A stretch of 64,000 bases of DNA from positions 1,184,001 to 1,248,000 of the forward strand of contig CAVRCF010000005.1 in the NCBI GenBank assembly GCA_963719505.1, read 5' to 3'. The notes below the pieces were generated by a model. That model was not told the DNA's origin. It made no database searches and worked only from the letters and a program-made list of their open reading frames with translations. Shown here one piece after another: positions 49,332 to 62,807 of the stretch. The stretch is from Halobacteriovoraceae bacterium. Lineage in GTDB: Bacteria > Bdellovibrionota > Bacteriovoracia > Bacteriovoracales > Bacteriovoracaceae. Positions within the stretch are counted from its first letter, which is position 1; each line of letters starts with the position of its first letter. The translations under genes were made by a program, and so were the position numbers.

Positions 49332-50162
49332 TTAAACGTTTAAGGCTTTCAAATGAAAGTCGATATGACTTTTTAAAAATGTCGAGATAAAGAAATAGCT
49401 ATGATCATAACCTTCTCTTAAATGAATTTTTGTTTTTTGTCCGTGCTCTTTGCATGTCTTTTCAAAATCTTTTGTCAAAAGCTGATCAGGATAAAATTCA
49501 TCATCAAGACCTTGATCAATTAAAATTGGAAGGGGGTGTTTCGCTCCGCTTTTAATAAGTGAAGTGGCATCGTACTTATCCGCTTTTTCTTTCCAATCTG
49601 ATCCCAAATAGCCTTCAAATGCTTTTTGTCCCCAGGGAACTTGAATAGGATTAGTGATAGGAGAAAAAGCCGAAATTGATTTGAATAAGTCGCTTTCGGT
49701 TAGACCTAAAATAAGTGCACCATGCCCTCCCATAGAGTGGCCCATGATAGAAACTCTTTCAATTCCAAATTTTTCCTTCAAAAGATTAACGATATCTCCT
49801 TTTATGAAGTCATACATTTGATAATGGTCTTTATAGCCTTCAGTCGTTGAATTAATATAAAAACCAGCTCCTGAACCAAAATCGTAAGACTCATGTTCCT
49901 TCGGAAGATCTAGACCTCTAGGTGAAGTATCAGGGCAGATAATCATGACATCTTTTTGGGCCAACAGTGCTTGGCTTCCAGCTTTTGTAATAAAGTTTTC
50001 TTCATTACACGTTAAGCCTGAAAGCCAAATAATGGCTTTTTTTACCTTTCCCGCTTTAGGCTCGAAAGTGGAGAATTTCATCTTCGTTTTTGTCGCCTTG
50101 GAATCAAATTCATAAACACGAGTAAAGCCATCAAAGCTTTTATTTTCTTTAAGTTTTTCCAT
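49332..50162 (-). CDS. fghA: S-formylglutathione hydrolase
   Basis: WLSGLTCNE, PDTSPRG, GAGFY, GHSMGGHGA, GYDHSYFFI. Confidence 0.93.
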   Translation of the reverse strand: MEKLKENKSFDGFTRVYEFDSKATKTKMKFSTFEPKAGKVKKAIIWLSGLTCNEENFITKAGSQALLAQKDVMIICPDTSPRGLDLPKEHESYDFGSGAGFYINSTTEGYKDHYQMYDFIKGDIVNLLKEKFGIERVSIMGHSMGGHGALILGLTESDLFKSISAFSPITNPIQVPWGQKAFEGYLGSDWKEKADKYDATSLIKSGAKHPLPILIDQGLDDEFYPDQLLTKDFEKTCKEHGQKTKIHLREGYDHSYFFISTFLKSHIDFHLKALNV

Positions 50163-50163
50163 A

Positions 50164-51321
<1,158 letters not shown>

Positions 51322-51380
51322 TTATGACAAATTTAAAAATATTAGCCAAGGCAGGAAGTGTCTATTTTACGCCACAAATA

Positions 51381-51412
51381 AAAAAAGGCCCTACATAATA
51401 GTAGAGCCTTTT
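51381..51412 (-). terminator. Probable terminator after the 51438..51806 gene
   Basis: AAAAAAGGCCCTAC-ATAATA-GTAGAGCCTTTT. Confidence 0.65.
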
Positions 51413-51437
51413 GCTTTATTTTATTTGAAAAGATTAT

Positions 51438-51806
51438 TTAGAGATTTACAGACAAAATCGCAATAGAGATTTGAATATCACTTGCCTCAGAGATATCATC
51501 CTGTGCGTTATATCTAATTTTTTGAATAACTTCGTCTAGCATTTCAGTCTTATTTGCTCCTTCAAGATAGTCATTCGCATCTGCTTGAACCGCTTCTAAT
51601 TCAACTCTAGCTGCAGCCATTGTCGTCGCACTTGTTAAAACAAATGGAGAAAGGACTGTTCTTGTTGCTGCATCTAAAACAGCTGCTGTAAGTGCCGTTG
51701 TCGAAATTGTTACAGCTGAAACTTGATCGCCAAAACTTTGTGAAAAAGATGATGTTGAAAGAGTTAAAAGGGAAACCGTTAAAAGTGTTTGCATTGTTTT
51801 TTTCAT
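51438..51806 (-). CDS. Small secreted protein, DUF2388-like
   Basis: Signal peptide; Thr/Ser/Ala-rich region; C-terminal AVQADANDYL...IQKIR...EASDIQISIAIL resembles DUF2388 from memory. Confidence 0.65.
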   Translation of the reverse strand: MKKTMQTLLTVSLLTLSTSSFSQSFGDQVSAVTISTTALTAAVLDAATRTVLSPFVLTSATTMAAARVELEAVQADANDYLEGANKTEMLDEVIQKIRYNAQDDISEASDIQISIAILSVNL

Positions 51807-51918
51807 GAAATTCTCTCCGTCGCATTTAAGCGTTATGTTAGTGTTATTTGGATTTTGTGTTTCAAGATTAATTTAAAGGCTTTTTTATTTCTATGAACGT
51901 TGAATTGTTTATCAGGGG

Positions 51919-51935
51919 TGTCAAAAGATTAGACA
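51919..51935. promoter_or_regulatory. Imperfect palindrome TGTC-N9-GACA, putative enhancer-binding-protein site
   Basis: TGTCAAAAGATTAGACA, 37 nt upstream of a sigma54 motif. Confidence 0.5.
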
Positions 51936-51972
51936 GTTTTGTGGGGATAAGGGCCAAAGAAAGCCACTATTA

Positions 51973-51988
51973 TGGCATCACAATTGCT
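51973..51988 (+). promoter_or_regulatory. Putative sigma54 -24/-12 promoter
   Basis: TGGCATCACAATTGCT, 26 nt upstream of ATG 52015. Confidence 0.65.
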
Positions 51989-52014
51989 ACATATAGGCAA
52001 AGGAAGGTTAATTT

Positions 52015-53985
52015 ATGAAAGTCCTAATTATTTTGCTATTCGTGGTTTCTAGTTTACCTGTGCTCAGCTTTGAGTTTAAAAGTAATCTTGATCACTCTGA
52101 GCATAATCAACTTATTCAAAGCTACTTTCAAGATGTAAAAAACCTTCTTCCCCAAACAATAAAAACAAATATATCCCAGGTTATCGAAGTTCGGTTTGAA
52201 GATCTCGATTCAAAAAGACAAGGGATGAAGGGATTGGTGAAAAAGAAGATCCTACAAAAAAAGAAAAATATTTCTCTTATCAGACTCGACCTCTCCATCC
52301 TTGAAATGCTCAAGTCTCCAACAAGCTTAGTTAAGTCGGCACATAAAACAAATCAAGCGTTAGCAAATGCCGTCCTTCTTCATGAAGTGATGCATCTTTA
52401 TGATTATCAAAATCTCTTTCTCGGAGCAGAAAAAGAGATGAATGATACTTGTATTGATCAAAAAAAGAGTAAAAGCTTATCGAGAAAAGAGAAGCGCACA
52501 TGTCGAAGACTAAAAAGAAAGAAATACACTCTTTCGGATAGCCGCCTATTCTCTAACCTTGCGGGATGGAATGCCCTAGGCCTTGTTAAGAAGAAAAACA
52601 AGCAGCACAATAGAAATTATCTCAGAACTCCAGATCGCTATGAACTTACAAATCGACAGGAGTTTTTAGGTGTCAACTTTGAGTTTTTTATTCTCGATCC
52701 TGAGTATAAATGTAGAAGACCAAATCTTTATTCCTATCTATCAAAGTCATTAAATGTGGAACCTCATTCAGAATATAACTGTCAAACCAGTACCAGAGTC
52801 CTTATGACATCTGAGGCCCTTCAAGGCAAAGAGGCAGCAGTCATAGATCTTGATCCAAAAAGAGTCTACGAAGTGCACTACCTTTTTGCAGGAAAAGGGA
52901 AAGCGATTATGAGTAGATGGGGTCACGCGATGATAAGAATCATCCTGTGTGCACCAGAAAGAACTGTTGTCGATCAAGAGTGTCTCAAAGATGTTGCCTA
53001 TCATGTTGTTCTAAGCTTTAGGGCCAATATCACTGGTACTTCCATGAGCTATGCCAAAGGTATGAATGGAACCTATGATTCCCTTATGTTTCTTCTTCCT
53101 CTAAAGGATGTTGTAAAAGAATATACTCAAGGCGAATTTCGAGATGTCTTCTCAGTTCCTCTAAAACTAGATTCAGATCAAAAAGAACAAATGATGTTCA
53201 CTATTCTTTCTCAGTACTGGGCTTATCGAGGCGCCTACTACTTCGCCTCTAATAACTGTGCGAATGAAACTCTCAAAATGATCCGCTTAGGTTTTAAAGA
53301 TGATCTTCATATCCAAGCAATGACTGTGATCACACCAAATCAGATCTTTAATAGACTCGAAAGCATGAATCTGGGAGACATGAGTGTGCTTGAAGATAGG
53401 CAAAAAGCTATAAGCAAAGGCTACCTCTTTGAAGCAGCTCATAAAAAACTCGAACAATCCTACTTAAGACTAGTTGAGTCCGGTGCAAAAATTGATTATA
53501 AAAACTACGAAGAGTTTTTGCAAAATTCAACTGCCTCTGATCGAGAAGTTATTTTACATCACTTGCAAGCGTCGCAGAAGTCAGTTGATAAAAGAAAGCG
53601 ACTCGCTTCTCTTTTTAAGATAGAGAGTTTTCTCTTTGAGAAAAAACAACTGGAGTTGGTCTCCCTATTGGCGAAATTTATTAATGAACAAAAAAGAGAC
53701 AATTCGCTAGATCCAAAAATTGAAAGGTATCTTAAAGACTACCAACAATTACAAAATAGTTTGTTGGCTGAAAATATCATAAGCACAGGCTATGGGATCC
53801 CTCTAAGAGAAGAAATAGATCAGACTCTTGAAACTTCAACTGAAGGGGCCAAAGATCAAATTGCCAGTGTCAGCGACACCCTTATTCAATGGGCCCAGCA
53901 GAGTCATCGCGAAGAGCTTGAGGAAATTGGAAAAATACAGCAGAACAAAATTAAAATCTTCGAAACACTCCAAAGTAGCTTCTAG
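52015..53985 (+). CDS. Secreted DUF4105 (Lnb N-terminal, NlpC/P60-like) domain protein with N-terminal HExxH domain
   Basis: LLHEVMHLYD; SRWGHAMIRI (His) and YYFASNNCANE (Cys) typical of DUF4105. Confidence 0.8.
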   Translation: MKVLIILLFVVSSLPVLSFEFKSNLDHSEHNQLIQSYFQDVKNLLPQTIKTNISQVIEVRFEDLDSKRQGMKGLVKKKILQKKKNISLIRLDLSILEMLKSPTSLVKSAHKTNQALANAVLLHEVMHLYDYQNLFLGAEKEMNDTCIDQKKSKSLSRKEKRTCRRLKRKKYTLSDSRLFSNLAGWNALGLVKKKNKQHNRNYLRTPDRYELTNRQEFLGVNFEFFILDPEYKCRRPNLYSYLSKSLNVEPHSEYNCQTSTRVLMTSEALQGKEAAVIDLDPKRVYEVHYLFAGKGKAIMSRWGHAMIRIILCAPERTVVDQECLKDVAYHVVLSFRANITGTSMSYAKGMNGTYDSLMFLLPLKDVVKEYTQGEFRDVFSVPLKLDSDQKEQMMFTILSQYWAYRGAYYFASNNCANETLKMIRLGFKDDLHIQAMTVITPNQIFNRLESMNLGDMSVLEDRQKAISKGYLFEAAHKKLEQSYLRLVESGAKIDYKNYEEFLQNSTASDREVILHHLQASQKSVDKRKRLASLFKIESFLFEKKQLELVSLLAKFINEQKRDNSLDPKIERYLKDYQQLQNSLLAENIISTGYGIPLREEIDQTLETSTEGAKDQIASVSDTLIQWAQQSHREELEEIGKIQQNKIKIFETLQSSF

Positions 53986-54016
53986 AGTCAAAAAGCAAGT
54001 TCATTTTTTGACTCTA
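53983..54016. terminator. 12-bp perfect inverted repeat at the DUF4105 gene stop
   Basis: TAGAGTCAAAAA-N10-TTTTTGACTCTA. Confidence 0.5.
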
Positions 54017-54146
54017 TGATCCACTTTAAAACCCCATAAAAGCTAAATGTGTAGTTTTCTACATATTGTCTAAAATTTTTCTGATTGATTACTCCTCCAC
54101 TCTCTACTAGATTTGAATGAACAAAAACATTAAACAAAGGACAAAA

Positions 54147-54656
54147 ATGAAATTTATTATTACCTTGGCCATTCTCTGTGTATTCTTTCTCTCATGTAGT
54201 CATCAAAAACTGATGAATAAAACTGTCGTTGATTTAGAGAGCAAAAGTAATAGCAAAGTAACTGGTGTTATTAATATTTGGGAGACAGAAGATTCAATAA
54301 AAGTGACTGCGAATGTCAAAGGATTAAACCCAAGCTCTGAGCATGGTTTTCATATTCACGAAAAAGGAGATTGCTCAGCTAAGGATGCTAAAAGTGCGGG
54401 AGGTCATTACTCTCCTGAAGACAGCAAGCACGGAGGACCAGACCAGATGAATCACCACCTTGGAGACATGGGGAATTTAACTTCAGACTCTGATGGTGTC
54501 GCAACAAAAACAATAGTGATAAAAAAATTGAATATTTCTAAAGGCAATAAGTTTTCTGTGAAAGGTAAAGCAATCATCATTCACAATGACCAAGATGATA
54601 TGACCTCTCAGCCAAGTGGAAATGCCGGTGCAAGAATTGCTTGTGGTGTAATTTAA
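54147..54656 (+). CDS. sodC: Cu/Zn superoxide dismutase (lipoprotein)
   Basis: FLSC lipobox; HGFHIHEKGDC, AGGHY, HLGDMGNL, GNAGARIACGVI. Confidence 0.93.
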   Translation: MKFIITLAILCVFFLSCSHQKLMNKTVVDLESKSNSKVTGVINIWETEDSIKVTANVKGLNPSSEHGFHIHEKGDCSAKDAKSAGGHYSPEDSKHGGPDQMNHHLGDMGNLTSDSDGVATKTIVIKKLNISKGNKFSVKGKAIIIHNDQDDMTSQPSGNAGARIACGVI

Positions 54657-54674
54657 TATATAAAGAAGAGATTT

Positions 54675-54701
54675 CAGAGCCGAAAATATTAGTCGGCTCT
54701 G
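54675..54701. terminator. Stem-loop terminator
   Basis: CAGAGCCGA-AAATATTAG-TCGGCTCTG followed by a T-rich tract. Confidence 0.75.
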
Positions 54702-54713
54702 CTTTATTTTGAG

Positions 54714-55031
54714 CTATAGTGAAGCTGTTCTATCATCAATTCGAAGACAATTTTTATTGGCAAAGTTCTCAAGTTTTTTCAGTTTATATTCAAGACGCTC
54801 GTGAGATCTGGTAGACGCTTCCGTGGAATCAACAAGGGCTTTTTTTATTATTTTTTCACCAATATTCAACTCTCTTTGAGTAATACCGACTGTGAGAACT
54901 TTTCCTTTCTTGATAGAAAACTGACTGACGACTTTATAGTCTAAGATTTTACATTCATCATACATTTTCTGTGTGCCACAAAAAGCGCCAACAGAAGACA
55001 GCCCTGCGACTATAAAGATTAAACTCTTCAT
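54714..55031 (-). CDS. Small secreted hypothetical protein
   Basis: GGGGA SD; MKSLIFIVAGLSSVGAFC signal-like N-terminus. Confidence 0.6.
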   Translation of the reverse strand: MKSLIFIVAGLSSVGAFCGTQKMYDECKILDYKVVSQFSIKKGKVLTVGITQRELNIGEKIIKKALVDSTEASTRSHERLEYKLKKLENFANKNCLRIDDRTASL

Positions 55032-55150
55032 AAATTCCCCAATAATTAAGATAAAAAACGCAACATAGCACATCCCAGAATAAATGCACCATAGCGTTAT
55101 AATACGTATAAAATCTTCACTTTCTTTAATCTAATAGTTAGAATTTCTTC

Positions 55151-55636
55151 ATGAAAGAAGTGATATTAGTCTATGGAAACTCTGGCAGCGGCAAATCCAC
55201 CTTAGCAAAAAAGCTTTGCCAGCAAAGATCCCTGGCTCATTTAGACCTAGATACAATTGCTTGGAATGACTCAACTCCCCCCGAAAGAAAGAGCTTAGCT
55301 GAGTCAGAAGTCCTCATAAAAGAGTTTATTAACTCAAATAACGGATGTGTCATTGAAGGTTGTTATGGTGACCTTTTAGAGTCTACGCTTCCCTATGCAA
55401 GCGAACTTATCTATCTAGACCTCTCTATTGAAAACTGCATAGAGAACGCAAAAAATCGCCCCTGGGAGCCCCATAAATACGAATCTAAAGAGGCACAAGA
55501 TAAGAACCTAAGTATGTTACTTGATTGGATTAAGGGGTATGACCATCGAGATGATTCTCTTTCTAAAACATATCATGAAAAAGTCTTTATTCAGTTTGAA
55601 GGACCTAAGCAGAGAATTATTCACTTAAGTCCTTGA
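55151..55636 (+). CDS. P-loop NTPase, adenylate/shikimate-kinase-like (FlaR-type)
   Basis: GNSGSGKST, HLDLDTIAW, VIEGCY, RPWEPHKY. Confidence 0.8.
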   Translation: MKEVILVYGNSGSGKSTLAKKLCQQRSLAHLDLDTIAWNDSTPPERKSLAESEVLIKEFINSNNGCVIEGCYGDLLESTLPYASELIYLDLSIENCIENAKNRPWEPHKYESKEAQDKNLSMLLDWIKGYDHRDDSLSKTYHEKVFIQFEGPKQRIIHLSP

Positions 55637-55722
55637 ACTCACTTATAAAAGCCAAAAATATTTTGTATGACACTTGAATAGTACAATTTTTTGTATTAAT
55701 CTTCAGTAGTACAAAGGAACTT

Positions 55723-56100
55723 ATGGAAATCGACACCTCCGCTCCGGAGCCTATTTTTGAACAAATCATTGCACAATTAGGCAACGCCGTAATGGAGGGC
55801 AATCTTGTTTCAGGAGATAAGCTTAGCTCAATTCGGCAGCTGGCAAGTGACTTAGAAGTTAACCCAAATACTATAGCCAAAGCTTATTTGATACTTGAAG
55901 AATATAATATTATTGAAACTCGAGGTCGTGCAGGAAGCTTTGTTACTCATAATGCTAAAAATGCATATCTAAATTGGTTAGTCAGTTCAACATCTACAAA
56001 AATTAATGAGGCTTGGAATAAACTTAATACTTTGTCCTCATCAAAAGACCTTAGTAAAAAAGTTTGGAAGCTAGCGATAAAGGAGTTAAGAGATGAATAG
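55723..56100 (+). CDS. GntR family (YtrA-like) transcriptional regulator
   Basis: PIFEQI, GDKLSSIRQLA..LEVNPNTIAKAY, GRAGSFV. Confidence 0.9.
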   Translation: MEIDTSAPEPIFEQIIAQLGNAVMEGNLVSGDKLSSIRQLASDLEVNPNTIAKAYLILEEYNIIETRGRAGSFVTHNAKNAYLNWLVSSTSTKINEAWNKLNTLSSSKDLSKKVWKLAIKELRDE

Positions 56101-56851
56101 CAATCCAACATTACTATGGTTTATTTTCCATGCTATCCAAATTATTTTATTTAACTTCTATATTTCAAAAAAGATGTCTCATTTAAGTTTTATTTTTCTT
56201 AAGAGAAGAAATCCTCATCTTGTCGAGAGCTTATTAAACAAGCAATACCTACACACTCCTATGATCGATTACGTTATTGGCTTTATAGCTTTGGGTTTTC
56301 TTTCTTGGGGATATTTTAGCTTTTCGTCCCAACTGTACTGGAGTGGTAAGTACACATCTCTTTTTGGTTTTCTTTTTGTCTCATCAACAATTGACCTTAT
56401 TCAATACGAAAGATTAAAAAGAAAGATCCCCCTAGTTGCCAAAAGGTCAGCAGACTTTAAGGCAAGAGGTGTTGGCAAAAGTGTACCGATTTGGTGCTGG
56501 ATACTCTTCTTATTTCTCAGCATCGTTGGACTATTTTTTGTCGGTAACACTAAGGTTTTTCTCATCCAACTGGGTGTAATAATTTTCATTTTAGCTTCAG
56601 GGTATTCAATAGAGAAAAGAGCAAAGCTTCCCATTGAACAAAATGAGGATAAGGAATATAGAGAAAGTGAGGTGTGGACTGTCTATATTATCGGAGTAAC
56701 CTTAGCCATCGCTCCAATCTTAAGCAGGTTCTTTGGTCATTATGGTATTGATGCAATTTATTCTTCACTTGCTATCGTTTCATTTCTTCTTTTTATAAAC
56801 TCAAAAGTGTATAAAAAAATTATAGATAAAGATGAGCCGCTCTCTCTATAA
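56093..56851 (+). CDS. Polytopic membrane protein, hypothetical
   Basis: About 7 TM segments; AAGGAG SD; overlaps the GntR stop. Confidence 0.75.
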   Translation: MNSNPTLLWFIFHAIQIILFNFYISKKMSHLSFIFLKRRNPHLVESLLNKQYLHTPMIDYVIGFIALGFLSWGYFSFSSQLYWSGKYTSLFGFLFVSSTIDLIQYERLKRKIPLVAKRSADFKARGVGKSVPIWCWILFLFLSIVGLFFVGNTKVFLIQLGVIIFILASGYSIEKRAKLPIEQNEDKEYRESEVWTVYIIGVTLAIAPILSRFFGHYGIDAIYSSLAIVSFLLFINSKVYKKIIDKDEPLSL

Positions 56852-56874
56852 GAGAGTCACGGCCCGTACTTTTT

Positions 56875-59149
<2,275 letters not shown>

Positions 59150-59215
59150 CTTACATCCTTTGTTTTTTAGTTTATTCAAGTGACAAAAGGGTAAGCCGTA
59201 AATTCGATTCTTTCT

Positions 59216-59252
59216 ATTAGATTTTTCTTATTAATACATAGACAAAATTTAT
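59216..59252. promoter_or_regulatory. Possible OxyR/LysR-type operator upstream of katG
   Basis: ATTA-N7-CTTA-N7-ATAG-N7-TTAT resembles the OxyR ATAG-N7-CTAT-N7-ATAG-N7-CTAT pattern; AT-rich background weakens it. Confidence 0.35.
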
Positions 59253-59323
59253 AATGACAACAAGCATTGTAGATTTTTTTCAAGAGATTGAAATTACATA
59301 AAAGCTAAAAGCAACTCAAAGGA

Positions 59324-59934
59324 TTAGAATTTATTTCTATCCGCTAATGTAGGTTCAACGATCGGCTTGCCAGAGAATTGGTCAAAAAAAGGATTAGGGT
59401 TATAGGACTTTATTATCTTACCTATGACAATCATCTTCAACATTTTTAAGCCTATGCTCAAAGGAAATTTTGGATGTGAGTGATGGGGAATCTCTCCTAC
59501 TGCATATTTATTCATACAACGAGCGGCAATTTCACCGAGAGCATCTTCTTTGCTCATAGGTAAATTTTTAATATCAATTGAACTTGTTATCACTCCCGTA
59601 AACGCTACTTTTGCACCCAGCGTGTTCGCAAGAGGAGAATGACAACATTTTGCATACCACCATAAAGACCTTTGGGTGTTAGCCGTAAACAAGCGATGTT
59701 CTCTTTGCCTTTATGAAAAGAAACTTTATTGGGAGTTACTTGATAAATCTCTGTACCACCATTTGAGTCTAAAGTTTTATCTTCTGCTTTAAGATATTTT
59801 GCGTATTTTTGACAATCATCACAGTAGCAAATCAGATAGTTCCCCTTTTTGGGTTTATCTAAAATGGAGCCTTCAATTTCACCACATGAACACTTCAAAG
59901 GAATTTTTATTTTTTTGGTCGAATCTAAAACCAC
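59324..59934 (-). pseudogene. GFA/Mss4-like Zn-binding protein (DUF6151-like) with one frameshift near 59665
   Basis: CSCG, CYCDDCQ, GGTEIYQ, CLRLTPKGL in one frame continues as WYAKCCHSPLANT in another. Confidence 0.75.
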
Positions 59935-59947
59935 TTGCTTCCCCTTG

Positions 59948-61501
59948 TCAGTTCGCTTTGATAATTTTAATAGGTGTCTTAGCCTTTAATTCGTATAAAT
60001 CATCCCTTCGATCAAAAAGTGGCCTTACACTCCCTACTTCTCTTTGGGCATGAAGAGTTGTTAGATCAACATCTGCAACGACTACTGTCTCAACATTTGG
60101 ATCTGCTTCTCCCTCTAGTGAATTTGTTGGAAAGGCAATATCACTTGGTGTAATAATCGCGGCTTGTCCATAATTGATTGGATAGGACTTAACAGGAAGA
60201 TTCCCAACATTGCCTGCAATGGCGACATAAATATAATTCTCAATCGCTCTAGCAAAAGCGCTGTTTCTCACCCTATTGTAGGCTTTTCTCTCATCAGTGC
60301 TAAAAGGGACAAAAAGGATTTCAACTCCCGCTAAAGTGAGAAGCCTAGTCACTTCTGGAAACTCTACATCATAACAAATTTGAATCGCAATTTTACCGTA
60401 AGGTGTTTCAAAAACGCTAATCCCCTCACCTGGTAGAATATCGAAGTACTTTCTCTCTCCCGGAGTAATATGAAGCTTATCTTGTTCAAAAATTTTACCC
60501 GATGGCGTAAAAAGGTGCGCAACATTATACATCCCATCTTTTCTCATTACAGGATGAGAGCCACCAATGATATAGATTTTTGACTCCTTAGCTTTTCTTG
60601 AAAGAAGTTCTCTATACTTATCGGTATATTCTGAGAGCTTTCTCATCGCCTTAGCACCCGAGAGGTTTGGGTCAAATAAGCTAAAAAGTTGAACCGTAAA
60701 GTATTCGGGTAAAAGCAGAAAGTGACTATGATAGATGGAAGCTGTATCAACGAAGAAGGCAACATTTCTTTCAAACTCATCCCAATCCGCAATCTTTTTT
60801 AGCTCCCATTGGCCTGCACAAATACGAACTTTTCTCACTGCTTTCTTTATTATTGGTGAAGAGTTTTTTCTTTTGGCATCGTTGAATTCAGGATTTTTCA
60901 AAACCAGCCAAGTTGCATAGTTCATACTGGATTTGTCTTGAACAAAGTCTAGCAAAACACTTTGAACTTTATAACCAACTCTTAAGTGAGCACTGAGAGC
61001 TGGATCTTTCAATTTTCCTTTAGAAACTTTCTCGACATACTCCTCGGCGTTCATCTTCCCCGCGTGATCAATGAATCCTGGGATGCGTCCATGAGCAACC
61101 ATTCTTTTTAGATTATATTTCTTCAATAACTTTAAACGCTTTTCGTAAAGAAGTCCTACAAGCCCCTTGTTACGATACTCAGGTATTATTCCAATATCTG
61201 CCCCATAGAGGCTGTCTCCTGAGACATTATGAGTAGAGAAAGATCCTCTGCCTGTTATTTCATCGTAGGTGTAAGTGGCGTCGTCAGAGTCCATTTGAAC
61301 GATTATTGAGCAGGCATATCCCACAATTTTTTTGTCGACTTCTAAAAGAAACTGGCCATCTGGAAAGTTTTTAAACTGTAGGGCGAAAATTCGTCTTCCG
61401 AAATGATCACTAAAATCGGTATAAATCGCTTTGTGACAGCTCACGATGCCCTCTATATCTTCTTCTTTCCATCTTCTTACTTTTGCATTTTTCATCAACA
61501 T
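59948..61501 (-). CDS. Bifunctional GNAT domain / carbon-nitrogen hydrolase (nitrilase superfamily)
   Basis: LYGADIGIIPEYRNKG, GRIPGF; catalytic E-K-C in LPEYF, QDKLHITP, ICYDVEFPE. Confidence 0.9.
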   Translation of the reverse strand: MLMKNAKVRRWKEEDIEGIVSCHKAIYTDFSDHFGRRIFALQFKNFPDGQFLLEVDKKIVGYACSIIVQMDSDDATYTYDEITGRGSFSTHNVSGDSLYGADIGIIPEYRNKGLVGLLYEKRLKLLKKYNLKRMVAHGRIPGFIDHAGKMNAEEYVEKVSKGKLKDPALSAHLRVGYKVQSVLLDFVQDKSSMNYATWLVLKNPEFNDAKRKNSSPIIKKAVRKVRICAGQWELKKIADWDEFERNVAFFVDTASIYHSHFLLLPEYFTVQLFSLFDPNLSGAKAMRKLSEYTDKYRELLSRKAKESKIYIIGGSHPVMRKDGMYNVAHLFTPSGKIFEQDKLHITPGERKYFDILPGEGISVFETPYGKIAIQICYDVEFPEVTRLLTLAGVEILFVPFSTDERKAYNRVRNSAFARAIENYIYVAIAGNVGNLPVKSYPINYGQAAIITPSDIAFPTNSLEGEADPNVETVVVADVDLTTLHAQREVGSVRPLFDRRDDLYELKAKTPIKIIKAN

Positions 61502-61610
61502 CCTCTTGGTAATTTACCTTTTGATATTCTCATATTTTTAAAAGCCTAGTCCAATTTAATTAGATAAAGTACAGTGACAAAAGAACTCAGTTTTAAATCG
61601 GTAATGCCTT

Positions 61611-62807
61611 ATGCAAAAGTTGGTCTACTTTTCTCTTTATTTCTCAGAAGGAGCCCCAATTGGGTTTATCTGGTGGGCCATGCCTTCTATTTTAAGCGCC
61701 CAAGGATTCTCAACAACTGAGATTGCCACAATTTCTGCCCTTGCGGCTCTTCCTTGGTCATTTAAGTTTCTCTTTGCCCCTCTCATCGATATTGTCTCCA
61801 TGAACTGGATGAAGCTAAAGAATCAACTGGTGATTTTTCAGATTGCTATGGGCTTTAGTTTACTTTTTTTAGAAAGTGCGATTGAGAGCCAACAAACAAG
61901 TCGAATTTTAATCGTTCTCATTACCCATGGAGTCTTTGCTGCGCTTCAAGATATCTCTATTGATGCAATGGCCATACGTACGATTCCAAAAGATCAGGTT
62001 GGAAAGATCAACGGAATCATGCAAACTGGAATGTTGGTGGGTCGCTCAATTTTTGGTGGAGCTGGAGTTTATTTGGCCTATTTGTTTGGCCTTGACATCA
62101 TGGTCTATTTTCTCATTGGATCGATTTGGATTTCTCTTATCATTTTTAAAACATCCAATTTTTCATCTGCCCCTCTTCTTAAAATTTCCATGTCTCAGTA
62201 TTTGACAGACTTTTTTGCGATCCTTAAAAAAAAATCGATATGGTTACTTCTTGGTGTAACATTTTTTGCGGGTTTCTCTTACAATGGAATCTCAACGATA
62301 GCGGGGGCGGTCTTAACCAAAAAAGGGGCATCCCCCCAGCTCTACGGTCTCACCTACAGCTTACTACTGCCAGTTTTTATGTCAGCCGGTGCGCTCCTTG
62401 GAGGATACCTCAGTGACAAACTTCACTCCATAAAGACATTTTGCTTTTCCGTTATCCTCTCAATTTTAAGTTCTCTTTTAGTGGGTGTAAGCATTGATAC
62501 CCTGACAGACAACTATCTTCTCATTTCGACCTATGCCATTTTTTACTTTTTTATTGGAAGTACCACAGCTTCCCTTTATGGCTTTCTCATGAAAAACACT
62601 TCAAAGGAATTTGCTGCCCTTGAATTTTCCATTTTTATGGCGTTGGTTAATCTTTGTGATTCAACAAGTAGCTATATGACTGGTCAATTGCTTTTGTCCT
62701 ACAACTATCTCATGACCTCGGCGATCATAGGGTCTATTTGTATTTTTAGTCTTTTATTCATTTCGATTTTTGAAAAGAATAGAGCTACTTCGACTCATAA
62801 ACATTAA
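61611..62807 (+). CDS. MFS transporter, AmpG-like
   Basis: LYFSEGAPIGF, LPWSFKFLFAPLID, ALQDISIDAMA. Confidence 0.85.
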   Translation: MQKLVYFSLYFSEGAPIGFIWWAMPSILSAQGFSTTEIATISALAALPWSFKFLFAPLIDIVSMNWMKLKNQLVIFQIAMGFSLLFLESAIESQQTSRILIVLITHGVFAALQDISIDAMAIRTIPKDQVGKINGIMQTGMLVGRSIFGGAGVYLAYLFGLDIMVYFLIGSIWISLIIFKTSNFSSAPLLKISMSQYLTDFFAILKKKSIWLLLGVTFFAGFSYNGISTIAGAVLTKKGASPQLYGLTYSLLLPVFMSAGALLGGYLSDKLHSIKTFCFSVILSILSSLLVGVSIDTLTDNYLLISTYAIFYFFIGSTTASLYGFLMKNTSKEFAALEFSIFMALVNLCDSTSSYMTGQLLLSYNYLMTSAIIGSICIFSLLFISIFEKNRATSTHKH

